NCBI RefSeq assembly: GCF_900095195.1
Contig: NZ_LT606950.1
Coordinates: 937,207-969,206, forward strand
Direction: 5' to 3'
DNA from: Polynucleobacter necessarius
Lineage (GTDB): Bacteria; Pseudomonadota; Gammaproteobacteria; Burkholderiales; Burkholderiaceae
DNA length: 32,000 nt
The notes beneath the pieces were generated by a model. The model had not been told where the DNA came from. It did no database searches and worked only from the letters and a program-made list of their open reading frames with translations. Both the position numbers and the translations under genes were made by a program. Each line of letters begins with the position of its first letter. Position 1 is the first letter of the stretch. Shown here piece after piece: positions 18,815-28,747 of this stretch.

Positions 18815-19221
18815 TTACCGCATCGGTGCCATTAGCCAGGGTTTGAAAGAGCTGAGCATGTCACTTTGCACCATTCGCTCTAACATGCCTGCAGGAAGTG
18901 GATCGGGCTTGGAATAATCATCAATATAGATATCGAGCCTATCCATTACATTGAAGTGGGGATCCGAAAACATTTTCTTTAAAGCGGCCTGCTGTACAGC
19001 GGGGTCAACATCCAGCTTCATAAAAGCAGAAAAATCCGGTGCAAAACGATCGATCTTTTCAACGTCCTCCATGGTGGGTAAGGGAGGGGCCTCTGACGCT
19101 TCTATCTTTGGTTCTGGGCTATTCGTGAAGGAGTCTGCACGGATTCTTTTGCTGACTCACTGGGCTCCTCCTGAATGCCTGACGTACGCCGTGACCAGCG
19201 ACTTAAGAATCCGTCTGCCAT
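18815..19221 (-). pseudogene. DUF3306-family protein with 1 frameshift
   Basis: The N-terminus MADGFLSRWSRR starts at ATG 19221 and reaches a stop after about 39 codons. The conserved C-terminal part, ...PPLPTMEDVEKIDRFAPDFSAFMKLDVDPAVQQAALKKMFSDPHFNVMDRLDIYIDDY, is in another frame (ORF 18815-19072). Confidence 0.65.
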
Positions 19222-19754
19222 CGTTCCCCCGCTGGACACTCAGCACCTTTAAACGATGCAGGCTTATGACGTTTCTTGGGCTCAGGTCGATAGTGCTCGT
19301 CGACATACTCTTGCAACCAAGTGGTATGGTTATCACTCATTGGCACGGCATCGACTGACTCGCCACCATCGAGCAAGCGGGCAGCCTCGTTATAGCTAAC
19401 GCAGATGCGATGGGGCACGGCAATCGTGGATTCAGCTTTGGCTAACTCCAAGGACTCTGCGTCAATGTAACAATCGATATCTTCCTCGAGACGCCACATC
19501 ACAAACCAAGATGGTTTTGTTGCAGACACATTAAGGTAATAGCCCTCGGCCTCATCCAAAAAAAGATTGAGCTCAAAACCGGTAAACAACCAAGACTCTC
19601 CTTCAGCATCTCGACCCAGAAATTGGCCAGTAATAGCATTAGAGGATGTGGTGATAAATTGTCCAAAATCCGGCAACACCTCATGAGGTACCCATCGATA
19701 GGAGACCCAAGGATTATCGAGGTGCTGTTTACGCATCAATACCGCAAAGCGCAT
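19203..19754 (-). CDS. DUF3305-family protein (FDH accessory cluster)
   Basis: Intact 183-aa ORF directly upstream of DUF3306, overlapping its start. The family assignment rests on gene context and remembered sequence character. Confidence 0.55.
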   Translation of the reverse strand: MRFAVLMRKQHLDNPWVSYRWVPHEVLPDFGQFITTSSNAITGQFLGRDAEGESWLFTGFELNLFLDEAEGYYLNVSATKPSWFVMWRLEEDIDCYIDAESLELAKAESTIAVPHRICVSYNEAARLLDGGESVDAVPMSDNHTTWLQEYVDEHYRPEPKKRHKPASFKGAECPAGERWQTDS

Positions 19755-19766
19755 TGGTCTATAGCC

Positions 19767-20855
19767 TTAGGTGTTTTGAACCACAATGTTTGGAAACTTG
19801 CTGCTCATATCTTTTGCCAGACTTCCTACCTTGATCGCCACTTGGCGCGCAATCGCCTTGTAAATATTGCTAATGGCGCCATCTGGATCGGCAACTACCG
19901 TTGGACGCCCTGCATCCGCTTGCTTGCGAATCGACAGATTTAATGGCAACGCGCCCAAAAATTCAACGCCGTATTCTTTGCACATTTTCTCGCCACCACC
20001 GACTCCAAATACATGCTCTTCATGCCCGCAACTTGGGCAAACATAGGTGCTCATGTTTTCAATAATGCCGATGATGGGCACGCCAACCTTTTCGAACATC
20101 TTTAAGCCTTTGCGGGCATCTAGCAATGCAATATCTTGAGGCGTAGTCACAATGACAAAGCCTGTTACGGGAACCTTTTGCGATAAGGTCAACTGAATAT
20201 CACCAGTACCCGGTGGCATATCCACAATCAAATAATCCAAATCACGCCAACGGGTTTGACGCAGTAGCTGCTCTAGCGCAGACGTCACCATCGGACCACG
20301 CCACACCATTGGCGCATCCTCTTCAATCAAAAAGCCGATAGAACTTGCTTGAAGTCCGTGCCCTTCCATCGGCTCAATCGTATTCTCCTCGACAGAATCT
20401 GGGCGACCAGTAATGCCGAGCATCATCGGTTGACTGGGTCCGTAAATATCAGCATCCAAAATCCCCACTTGCGCACCTTCAGCCGCAAGCGCTAGCGCCA
20501 AGTTGACTGCTGTTGTCGATTTACCTACGCCACCCTTGCCGCTGGCAACGGCAATAATATTTTTAATACCAGGTAATAACTTGATGCCACGCTGAACGAC
20601 ATGAGCAACAATTTGACTGCTAACGGTCACGCCCACGTTTTTCACGCCCGGTAATTCACGCAAAGCAGTAATTACCGTTTTGCGGATAGCATCAAATTGA
20701 CTTTTGGCGGGATAGCCTAAGACAACATCCAAAGAGACATCGCCGTCATCCACTTTCAAATTTTTAATATTCTTTGCAGCAACGAAATCAATGTGGGTAT
20801 TGGGATCAACGACGTTTTTTAAGGCGGCTTGAACAGCCTCTACAGTTACAGACAC
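19767..20855 (-). CDS. apbC: Fe-S cluster carrier ATPase ApbC/Mrp
   Basis: Intact 362-aa ORF with an N-terminal DUF59-like domain. It has the deviant Walker A motif ASGKGGVGKST and the CPSCGH cluster-binding motif. Confidence 0.9.
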   Translation of the reverse strand: MSVTVEAVQAALKNVVDPNTHIDFVAAKNIKNLKVDDGDVSLDVVLGYPAKSQFDAIRKTVITALRELPGVKNVGVTVSSQIVAHVVQRGIKLLPGIKNIIAVASGKGGVGKSTTAVNLALALAAEGAQVGILDADIYGPSQPMMLGITGRPDSVEENTIEPMEGHGLQASSIGFLIEEDAPMVWRGPMVTSALEQLLRQTRWRDLDYLIVDMPPGTGDIQLTLSQKVPVTGFVIVTTPQDIALLDARKGLKMFEKVGVPIIGIIENMSTYVCPSCGHEEHVFGVGGGEKMCKEYGVEFLGALPLNLSIRKQADAGRPTVVADPDGAISNIYKAIARQVAIKVGSLAKDMSSKFPNIVVQNT

Positions 20856-20996
20856 TACCTTCTCCTCTGATGCGTAACCCTGACAAACCCTATTGGGCAG
20901 GGAGAGTTACAAAATGTAATTTTTATGAATAGTATTTAGATTAACCGCACCAGCCAAAAATTGCTTGAATTGGCTCTAGGGAAATGGTGTGTTAAA

Positions 20997-22007
20997 TCAG
21001 AAAATCAACAAACTTAGGTAATACACGAGCATAGACATCAGGGCTGTTGCTGGGATAGTGAAAATCCATGCCCAAACAATATTTCCAGCTACGCCCCAAC
21101 GAACTGCGCTAGCGCGCTGAGTCGAGCCCACACCTACAATAGCCCCTGTGATCGTATGGGTAGTTGAGACTGGAATCCCAATAGCAGTTGCAGCAAACAA
21201 GGTAATGGCGCCACCAGTTTCGGCACAAAATCCGCCAACAGGCTTTAACTTGGTCAATTTCTGACCCATTGTTTTGACAATGCGCCAGCCACCAAACATA
21301 GTTCCCAATGCAATCGCTATATAGCAACTAATAATGGTCCACGTTGGCGGCATTTTTGCACCCGCCTCAGCGTAACCCGTAATAATCAAAAGCAACCAGA
21401 TAATGCCAATCGTCTTTTGCGCATCGTTTCCGCCGTGACCCAGGCTGTAGGCACTTGCCGATACCAGCTGTAATCGACGGAACCAGCGATCAGTCTTTGC
21501 CATGGTAGCGTTTCTGCATACCCAAGATACCAGCAACATGATCAACGATCCCAGCAGAAACCCAACCATCGGGGAGATGAAAATAAACGAAACGGTCTTG
21601 ATGATTTCAGTCCAAACCAGGCCATCTACTCCAGCTTTTGGCAGAGCTGCACCAACCAAGCCACCAATCAAGGCATGAGAAGAGCTTGATGGAATACCGT
21701 AGTACCAAGTCACAACATTCCAGACAATAGCGCCAACGAGCGCACCAAAAGTTACATGCAAATCCACCGCATCAGGATGAACGATGCCCTTGCCAACGGT
21801 TGCCGCAACACTCAGATGAAAGATAAAAATTGCAAGGAAGTTAAAGAAAGCAGCGAAGATCACCGCTTGTTGAGGCTTTAAAACACCAGTTGATACGACC
21901 GTTGCAATAGAATTCGCCGCATCATGAAATCCATTCATGAAGTCGAAACTGAGCGCCAATATTACTAAAAGCGCTACTACCCAAAAAGCTACTTCGGTCG
22001 CCGGCAA
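20997..22007 (-). CDS. pit: PiT-family inorganic phosphate transporter
   Basis: Intact 336-aa ORF with a probable TTG start. The PiT signature FDFMNGFHDAANSIAT is repeated as GHGGNDAQKTIG. The protein is polytopic. Confidence 0.85.
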   Translation of the reverse strand: MPATEVAFWVVALLVILALSFDFMNGFHDAANSIATVVSTGVLKPQQAVIFAAFFNFLAIFIFHLSVAATVGKGIVHPDAVDLHVTFGALVGAIVWNVVTWYYGIPSSSSHALIGGLVGAALPKAGVDGLVWTEIIKTVSFIFISPMVGFLLGSLIMLLVSWVCRNATMAKTDRWFRRLQLVSASAYSLGHGGNDAQKTIGIIWLLLIITGYAEAGAKMPPTWTIISCYIAIALGTMFGGWRIVKTMGQKLTKLKPVGGFCAETGGAITLFAATAIGIPVSTTHTITGAIVGVGSTQRASAVRWGVAGNIVWAWIFTIPATALMSMLVYYLSLLIF

Positions 22008-22018
22008 CTTAATTCGCC

Positions 22019-22666
22019 TTAAAAGTTTTCAAGAACGATGCCTTCAACCAAGTTGGCAACGTCTTCACATTTATCGGTTACTTCCTCAAGCAACTCATAG
22101 ATGCGTTGGCACTTAATAAGCTCACGCACTTCAATATCTTCGCGGAACAGCCGCGTAATCGCAGTAGAAAGCAAGCGATCCGCACCCGATTCCAAATGAT
22201 CAATCTCATCACAAGTCTGCAGAGCAGCCTTAGCTACTTCAGGATCGGAAATGTCCTTAAGCGTGCCAACTGCGTTCTTCATACTGATGCAACATTGATT
22301 GCACAACTCCGCCATTTGCAACATCTCCGGAGTCATCTGCTTCACATCGTATAGATGCATAGCTTCGGTACCGTTTTGCAGTAAATCAGCGACGTCATCC
22401 ATCGTATTGATGAGCGAGAAAATCTGGTCACGATCGATTGGAGTAATAAATGTTTTGTGTAGACGACGATGAACTTCTTTCACAATATCGTCACAAGCAT
22501 GCTCTGCTTTATCGACCTCTTGGGTATATTTCGCACGCAGCGCTTCATCACCGTAGTGTTCAACGAACTTCAAAAAGGATTCTGAAGCGACAACGATATT
22601 TCCGGCATGTTCATTGAACAATTCAAAGAAATTACCATCGTGAGGCATTAACTTACTGAAAAACAT
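22019..22666 (-). CDS. DUF47 (PhoU-like, YkaA-type) protein paired with the PiT transporter
   Basis: Intact 215-aa helical ORF lying 11 nt upstream of pit, the canonical DUF47-PiT arrangement. Confidence 0.75.
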   Translation of the reverse strand: MFFSKLMPHDGNFFELFNEHAGNIVVASESFLKFVEHYGDEALRAKYTQEVDKAEHACDDIVKEVHRRLHKTFITPIDRDQIFSLINTMDDVADLLQNGTEAMHLYDVKQMTPEMLQMAELCNQCCISMKNAVGTLKDISDPEVAKAALQTCDEIDHLESGADRLLSTAITRLFREDIEVRELIKCQRIYELLEEVTDKCEDVANLVEGIVLENF

Positions 22667-22730
22667 AAATCACGATCCTTTAGGAGCAAAAACTGCGGGG
22701 TTTTAGGCTGTCGCTATTCTAAACAAATGA

Positions 22731-22922
22731 TTATTGGGCAACCGGAAATCCAGCCTTTGTTATAAGCTGGCTTGCCTGCTCCTGAGAGAGCGTTGTCGCT
22801 AGGGTCACCGTCTGCGTGGCTAGGTCCGCCTGCACCTTGGCAGAGGCTTGAGACTGAACTGCCCTCGTTACCGCATTGATACAGCCGCCACAGGTCATTC
22901 CAGAAACTTTGAGAGTGAACAT
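22731..22922 (-). CDS. copZ: Copper chaperone CopZ (heavy-metal-associated domain)
   Basis: MFTLKVSGMTCGGCINAV carries the HMA motif. AAGGGG lies upstream of the ATG at 22922; the ORF-track GTG at 22928 is less likely to be the start. Confidence 0.8.
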   Translation of the reverse strand: MFTLKVSGMTCGGCINAVTRAVQSQASAKVQADLATQTVTLATTLSQEQASQLITKAGFPVAQ

Positions 22923-22986
22923 TTCCACCCCTTTTTATGTAAATTTTCCGTCTAATTCGCCTTCTAACTGGTAGATTATCTTCTAT

Positions 22987-25260
22987 ATGGACAGCCAAAA
23001 TGCACCGAATTCTTCAGTTTTTACCCTTGATATTGAGGGAATGACCTGCGCCTCCTGCGTTGGGAGGGTCGAAAAAGCATTAGACCGAATTCCTGGGGTT
23101 GAAGCTGCCAGCGTGAACTTGGCGACCGAACAAGCTAAAGTGCGCCTCAAGGCAGACTCAGACACTTCCATTGCCGATGTCATCGCCTTGGTTCAGAAAA
23201 CTGGCTATGGAGCGCAAATCAGCAATCCCCATGGAAATGCTCCAATAAAAAGCGCCCACTCTTTTTGGGGTTCAGATGACTTAGGTCGCGTTTTACTCAG
23301 TTTTGCTTTATCAGCCCCACTGATCTTGCCAATGTTCTTGATGCCATTTGGTATTCATTGGACCCTATCTGCTAAATGGCAAATCATTCTGGCTACTCCA
23401 GTGCAATTTATTTTGGGATGGCGTTTTTATAAAGCGGGTGTTAAATCATTGCTCGCTGGTGCTGGCAATATGAATTTACTCGTTGCGCTTGGCACGAGTG
23501 CCGCCTATGGATTAAGCGTTTACCAAATGATCGCTTCACCGCATACAACACATGAACTGTATTTTGAAGGTTCAGCTGTCATCATTTGCATGGTCTTACT
23601 AGGCAAATGGCTTGAATCCAGAGCAAAACAACAAACCAGTGAAGCGATTCGCGCACTGCAAAAGCTTTGGCCAGAAAATGCCAAAGTATTGGATACTGGG
23701 GCCGTGATTGGCGGAGGCGCTTTTTTAGAGAGATACCGAGAACTCCCGCTTGATCAAGTATTCCCTAAAGACCGCATCTTGGTTTTGCCGGGGGAGCGCA
23801 TTCCTGTTGACGGCGAGATTCTTTTTGGCAGCAGCCATATCGATGAGTCCCTCCTCACAGGGGAGAGCGAGCCAGTCAAGAAAATGCTTGGCGCAAAGGT
23901 CATCGGCGGATCATTAAATGGTGAAGGCTTATTAATTATTGATGCGCAAGCTGTTGGCGTGGAAAGTGTTCTATCGCAAATCATTACCTTAGTAGAGGAT
24001 GCGCAAACACAAAAAGCTCCTATCCAGAAATTGGTTGATCGAGTGAGCGTTATTTTTGTACCTACTGTCATTGGAATTGCTTTACTGACAGGTCTCATAA
24101 ATTGGTTTTATCTCGATTCAGCATCCATCGCTATTTTGCGAGCAGTATCGGTCCTGGTAATTGCGTGCCCCTGTGCCCTGGGTTTAGCGACTCCTGTGGC
24201 CTTTATGGCTGGCACTGGCGTGGCAGCCCGCTTTGGTATTCTGATAAAAGATCCCCAAGTACTAGAGTTGGCACATCGCCTAACTGTGGTGGCATTCGAT
24301 AAAACAGGCACTCTCACGGTTGGCAAGCCAAGAGTACTCTCGTTTATTAGCCTTACCAATGCCGCAGATGAAAACGCCCTATTAGCAACCGCAGCAGGAT
24401 TACAAATGGGTAGCGAGCACCCCTTGGCCAAAGCGCTATTGGATGCCACTAAATTTTCGGATGCAATCCCGATTCCCCCATCTGAAAGCCAAGCGTTGCC
24501 TGGAATCGGCATTGCCAGCAAACCCAGTTCTGGACCGTGGGCTGGGCAGTCACTTGTTTTGCAGAGCATCGCTTCTCTTACCAACGACCCCAATGCAACA
24601 ACGATCTCACATCAGGCACAACCACTGCTCGATCAAGGGCAAACGGTTTCGGTTTTGATTCACAAAGATGCAGAATCAACACCACTCGCAATCATTGGAT
24701 TCGGCGACGATCTCAAGTCCAACGCTAAAGAGGCCATCACTACCTTGCATCGTATGCGTATTCGAACGGTGATGCTATCGGGCGACAACTCTGCTGCCGC
24801 AAACCGTGTTGGTCAATCACTTGGAATTGATGAAGTCCTTGGTCAAATCATGCCAGGTGATAAAGCGCAAATTATTCGGACACTTCAACAGTCTTGGGAA
24901 GATGGTCAGCAATACGTTGCCATGGTGGGTGATGGCGTCAACGATGCTCCCGCCTTAGCAACAGCAGATGTGGGGATGGCAATGTCCACTGGAACGGATG
25001 CCGCGATGCAAGCCTCTGGCATCACCCTGATGCGCGGGGACCCCACTCTAGTAGCGGATGCGATTGATATCTCTCAGCGCACGTGGAAGAAAATCGGGCA
25101 GAACCTCTTCTGGGCGTTTGCATTTAATTCAACAGGAATTCCGCTCGCTGCCTTAGGCTATCTCTCACCCATGCTTGCAGGCAGCGCCATGGCACTCTCG
25201 AGCTTTTGCGTGCTCAGTAATGCGCTATTACTAAAACGTTGGCGACCATCACATCGCTGA
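22987..25260 (+). CDS. copA: Copper-translocating P1B-type ATPase
   Basis: Intact 757-aa ORF with an N-terminal HMA domain (GMTCASC). It also has TGES, the CPC transmembrane metal site (ACPCALGLATP), DKTGTLT, HP and GDGVNDAP. Confidence 0.92.
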   Translation: MDSQNAPNSSVFTLDIEGMTCASCVGRVEKALDRIPGVEAASVNLATEQAKVRLKADSDTSIADVIALVQKTGYGAQISNPHGNAPIKSAHSFWGSDDLGRVLLSFALSAPLILPMFLMPFGIHWTLSAKWQIILATPVQFILGWRFYKAGVKSLLAGAGNMNLLVALGTSAAYGLSVYQMIASPHTTHELYFEGSAVIICMVLLGKWLESRAKQQTSEAIRALQKLWPENAKVLDTGAVIGGGAFLERYRELPLDQVFPKDRILVLPGERIPVDGEILFGSSHIDESLLTGESEPVKKMLGAKVIGGSLNGEGLLIIDAQAVGVESVLSQIITLVEDAQTQKAPIQKLVDRVSVIFVPTVIGIALLTGLINWFYLDSASIAILRAVSVLVIACPCALGLATPVAFMAGTGVAARFGILIKDPQVLELAHRLTVVAFDKTGTLTVGKPRVLSFISLTNAADENALLATAAGLQMGSEHPLAKALLDATKFSDAIPIPPSESQALPGIGIASKPSSGPWAGQSLVLQSIASLTNDPNATTISHQAQPLLDQGQTVSVLIHKDAESTPLAIIGFGDDLKSNAKEAITTLHRMRIRTVMLSGDNSAAANRVGQSLGIDEVLGQIMPGDKAQIIRTLQQSWEDGQQYVAMVGDGVNDAPALATADVGMAMSTGTDAAMQASGITLMRGDPTLVADAIDISQRTWKKIGQNLFWAFAFNSTGIPLAALGYLSPMLAGSAMALSSFCVLSNALLLKRWRPSHR

Positions 25261-25282
25261 GTGAATAGCCATTTCCATAGAT

Positions 25283-26079
25283 CTATTTTGGATTCTTGCG
25301 CACTAACTCGATATCGCCATAAAAGGCGTGCATCTCCGACTTCGTATTGTCTGTATCCGTGAGTAACGCAATGCCAATCACATCACCTGGCATCTCTCCG
25401 TAAGCACTTTTGTAGTCTGCTGTTAGATCCCGTTGGGGTTATGCCATTGCCCTAAGTTATCCTAGCCAGAATCCACCACAATCATTTTGATGCGCGAGCT
25501 ATGTGCATTGGTGATCATCGTATTGATTGGTGATTTTCCAGACCAAATGTACATCAAGGTGGCATAGGGCATCTCTTGACCACTAATTAGATTGGCCATC
25601 TCAAATGTCATGTTATCTTTTAGGGATAGCTTTGATCTGTTGCCATCAAAAGCAACCAATATCCGCAACGGCGCATCGTCTCTAGTGCTCTCAGCGTTAT
25701 CAGCCTCTGGTACAGCAGTTAATGCTTTCCATTCCCAATGCAACCATAAGTTATTTGCCGACCTTGGCTTCAACTTCATGGCTAAACCTGAGGCAGATGT
25801 TTTTGCGTTTACACTGAGCACGGTTTTACCCTGGTAGTTTTCTAGGCGATAAACCGTATTCTTTTTATAGGGTGCGATTCGGTAAAAGTGCCAACCATTA
25901 GGCATACCCTCTCGCGCACTCTCGGTGGAAAATTTTGGCAAATCTTCTTGAGCAGGCAGTTGGTCTATATTGATTGCCTGTCCAGACTCATTCCGGACAG
26001 GCCCGCCACCAAAACCTGAACACCCTGCAAGCATGAGTGCCAGAGTGGTAATGAGTGAGGACATAATGAATGGACGCAT
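25283..26079 (-). pseudogene. DUF3047-family lipoprotein with 1 nonsense codon and 1 frameshift
   Basis: MRPFIMSSLITTLALMLAGC contains a lipobox. After ...IKMIVVDSG comes TAG (25462-25464). The sequence continues DNLGQWHNPN, shifts frame at about 25430-25436, and then reads RDLTADYKSAYGEMPGDVIGIALLTDTDNTKSEMHAFYGDIELVRKNPK* (stop 25283-25285). Confidence 0.7.
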
Positions 26080-26126
26080 ACCTGAATTGTCCCAAATATT
26101 GATACAACTGCGTCTAAAATCAGAGC

Positions 26127-27638
26127 ATGCGCCATCAATCACCTTCAAGCTGGGCTGCGATCTGCATCGGTATTGCAGCCTTGGTGCATTTGGTATTGGG
26201 TTTTGCAATTGAATTTTCGGTTGACGAGGCGCATTACGCCCTATATGCCCAACATCTCGCGTGGAGCTACTTTGACCATCCGCCACTGGTAGGTTGGATT
26301 CAGTGGCCGCTGGTGGCACTAACCTCCTCTGAGGGCATCATCCGTATCATCCCAGAGATTTTGTGGATTATTTCTTGTACTTTGGTTTATCAGGTCACCT
26401 TGGAGATACACCATTACATTCAAGGACGTAATGCAGGCTATCTAACGAGTGCATTACCTTCAGCAAATTCCTGCGGATTGTTTGCGGTACTTGCCATCAT
26501 CGTTGCACCTATGCCGCATGTACTGGCAATAGGTTTATTGCCAGACACTTTACTGGCGCCACTCAGCCTAGCATTAATGTTGATGGCGCTTCGTTGGTTG
26601 ATTCACGATCAATTTACGCTCGCAGATTGGATCACGACAGGTGTGTTATTGGGATTGGCCGGTTTAAGTAAATACACCGCTGTATTTACTGCATTTGCAT
26701 TACTCTTCATCTTTATCAGCAATCTCCGAAAGCCCTCTTTTCAGACATTGGGGTTTTGGATTGCGTTAGTGCTTGCGCTGTTGTTAATCAGCCCTGTTCT
26801 CTATTGGAATTGGGTCAATGATTGGATTTCCTTTAAATACCAAATTGCGCATGGCGCTGGTGGGGTCTGGCTATGGCGTCGTCTTGGTGCATACCTTGGG
26901 CTTCAGATTGTGGTCTTTGGCCCTCTATTGATTCTGGGCACCTATCTCTTTATGAAGCACTGCATTCATGGCACTAAGTTGGCATTGATTGTATTGCTGG
27001 GATTTTTTGCAATCCCATTTGTAGTGTTCGCTAGCCTTTCTGGTGGTGGCGGTTTACCGCACTGGACTACACCAGCATGGTTTTGCATCGCTCCCTTTGC
27101 TGGAATTGGTCTCGCTAAAGCTTGGTTAACCCAACACCATCGCATCATTCGCATATTGTTCGTCATTCAATTAGCGCTCTGTTGTATCGGATTTGATTAT
27201 GTTCTATCCGGCGGTTTTAGCTCAGCAGCAATCAAATCCAATCCCATCGCTGACCTGTATGGTTGGAAGCTGGCCGGACAGAAAGCGGCGCAGTTAACGC
27301 AAGCTACAAAATCAACTGGCATTGCTGTTCATAACTGGACTTTAGGAAGTCGCGCAGCATGGTATGCCAAGCCGACTCCCGTCTATGTATTGGATGAACG
27401 ACAGGATCAATTTGACCTTTGGTTTGGACAATTGCCTCGTGGGGCAAATATTGTTCTCGTGAATTGGTCAGGCATGCTGTTTGCCCCCCCCATTCGAAAA
27501 GAGAATGAGATTAGCGCCAGATCCTTCGGGCGCTGCGAACCACTGGATTCTCTTGAGGTTGTCCGATTTGGTCAAATATTGTCAAAATTTGACTTTAGCC
27601 TTTGCAGCAACTGGCAGGACTCTGATTTAGCAAAGTAA
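26127..27638 (+). CDS. ArnT/PMT-like family 39 (GT-C) glycosyltransferase
   Basis: Intact 503-aa polytopic ORF with the family N-terminal motif VDEAHYALYAQHLAWSYFDHPPLVGW. Confidence 0.8.
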   Translation: MRHQSPSSWAAICIGIAALVHLVLGFAIEFSVDEAHYALYAQHLAWSYFDHPPLVGWIQWPLVALTSSEGIIRIIPEILWIISCTLVYQVTLEIHHYIQGRNAGYLTSALPSANSCGLFAVLAIIVAPMPHVLAIGLLPDTLLAPLSLALMLMALRWLIHDQFTLADWITTGVLLGLAGLSKYTAVFTAFALLFIFISNLRKPSFQTLGFWIALVLALLLISPVLYWNWVNDWISFKYQIAHGAGGVWLWRRLGAYLGLQIVVFGPLLILGTYLFMKHCIHGTKLALIVLLGFFAIPFVVFASLSGGGGLPHWTTPAWFCIAPFAGIGLAKAWLTQHHRIIRILFVIQLALCCIGFDYVLSGGFSSAAIKSNPIADLYGWKLAGQKAAQLTQATKSTGIAVHNWTLGSRAAWYAKPTPVYVLDERQDQFDLWFGQLPRGANIVLVNWSGMLFAPPIRKENEISARSFGRCEPLDSLEVVRFGQILSKFDFSLCSNWQDSDLAK

Positions 27639-27680
27639 TTCGGCTAAATTCAAGACCTTGGCGCCCAAGGCATTATCCTT

Positions 27681-28730
27681 ATGCCTATGAATTCTTTACC
27701 CCAATCCACCCCCAAAACCCCATCTGAGTGGAAATTACTGCTGAAGCGGGCTTGGCCCACCATCCGCATTTTGCTGTCGATTGCCCTTTTATGGAAAGCG
27801 ACGAGTGGAATTGATTGGCATACCTTATTAGATTCGCAAATTAAAATGGAGCCGATATGGTTAATTGCAGCTGCACTAGCAATTTCCTGTGCATTCATTT
27901 GTGGCGGTTTGCGTTGGGGATTTTTGATGCGTAGTGTTGGTTTTCAAGGAATCCTCAAAAATTATGTCTCCCTCTATTTTGCTGGTGGACTCATTAATCA
28001 AGGTTTACCAAGCACACTGGGTGGCGATAGCTATCGTGCTATTACCGCTACCTACCTCACCAATACCGGTAATTTAAGTGGCACTAAAGAGTTAGATGAA
28101 GTGTTACACCATTCAGTAGATTTAGAGCATGCCAATCCAAAGTTACGACTAAGTTTTGCTATGGTTTTGGTGGATCGGCTACTCGGCTTAGCAGGCAATA
28201 ATTTATTAGGTGGTTTAGGACTGATTCTTGGTGGCGCAACCCTAGCAGCCTGGGGCCAGGAGTTAGGGTATGCGGTCATGGGTATTATGATTTTTGCTGG
28301 CTTAATGCTTGCTCTTGTTCTAGCATGGGCTCCAACGCGACAATTCTTGGAGCGACTCCTTGAGCGCTTAAGGATGAACAATGCATTACCTGGAATTCGT
28401 CTGGCATTCTCTTGGCCGATCAATGTTGCGCAAGCAGTATTTGCGATCGCCATCCATGGCTTTGTTATTTTGGCCTTTGGCTTTTGTCTGAGAGCGTATG
28501 GTGCAGAAGCTCCAATCTCTAGCCTCATGATTGGTTTGCCAGCATTAAGTCTTCTATTAATGCTGCCAATTAGTATTTCGGGATGGGGCTTGCGTGAAGC
28601 AACCCTCTCCTCTGTCTTGGCCTTATGGGGTGTTAATCCCTCTTTGACGGTATTGGCGTCCATTAGTTATGGCGCAATCACGGTCATCTCGGTACTGCCT
28701 GGCGCTTACTTTTTACTGAAACGAAAATAA
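27681..28730 (+). CDS. Flippase-like (UPF0104 / lysyl-PG synthase transmembrane domain) membrane protein
   Basis: Intact 349-aa polytopic ORF. Its N-terminal pattern is KRAWPTIRILLSIALLWKA...GGLRWGFLMRS and its C-terminal part reads ISGWGLREA. Confidence 0.7.
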   Translation: MPMNSLPQSTPKTPSEWKLLLKRAWPTIRILLSIALLWKATSGIDWHTLLDSQIKMEPIWLIAAALAISCAFICGGLRWGFLMRSVGFQGILKNYVSLYFAGGLINQGLPSTLGGDSYRAITATYLTNTGNLSGTKELDEVLHHSVDLEHANPKLRLSFAMVLVDRLLGLAGNNLLGGLGLILGGATLAAWGQELGYAVMGIMIFAGLMLALVLAWAPTRQFLERLLERLRMNNALPGIRLAFSWPINVAQAVFAIAIHGFVILAFGFCLRAYGAEAPISSLMIGLPALSLLLMLPISISGWGLREATLSSVLALWGVNPSLTVLASISYGAITVISVLPGAYFLLKRK

Positions 28731-28747
28731 TCTTAAAGAGCAAAAAT

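Noticed and set aside
25462-26319. The 285-aa version of the DUF3047 ORF with an 80-aa N-terminal extension
   Set aside because: The extension overlaps the GT39 start region and has no signal or family character. The ATG at 26079 gives a canonical lipoprotein signal peptide.
28052-28663. Long antisense ORFs opposite well-supported genes (also 24108-24593, 23754-24098, 4480-4998 and 28783-29172)
   Set aside because: These are shadow ORFs with low-complexity or basic, non-protein-like composition. The opposite strand carries strong family motifs.
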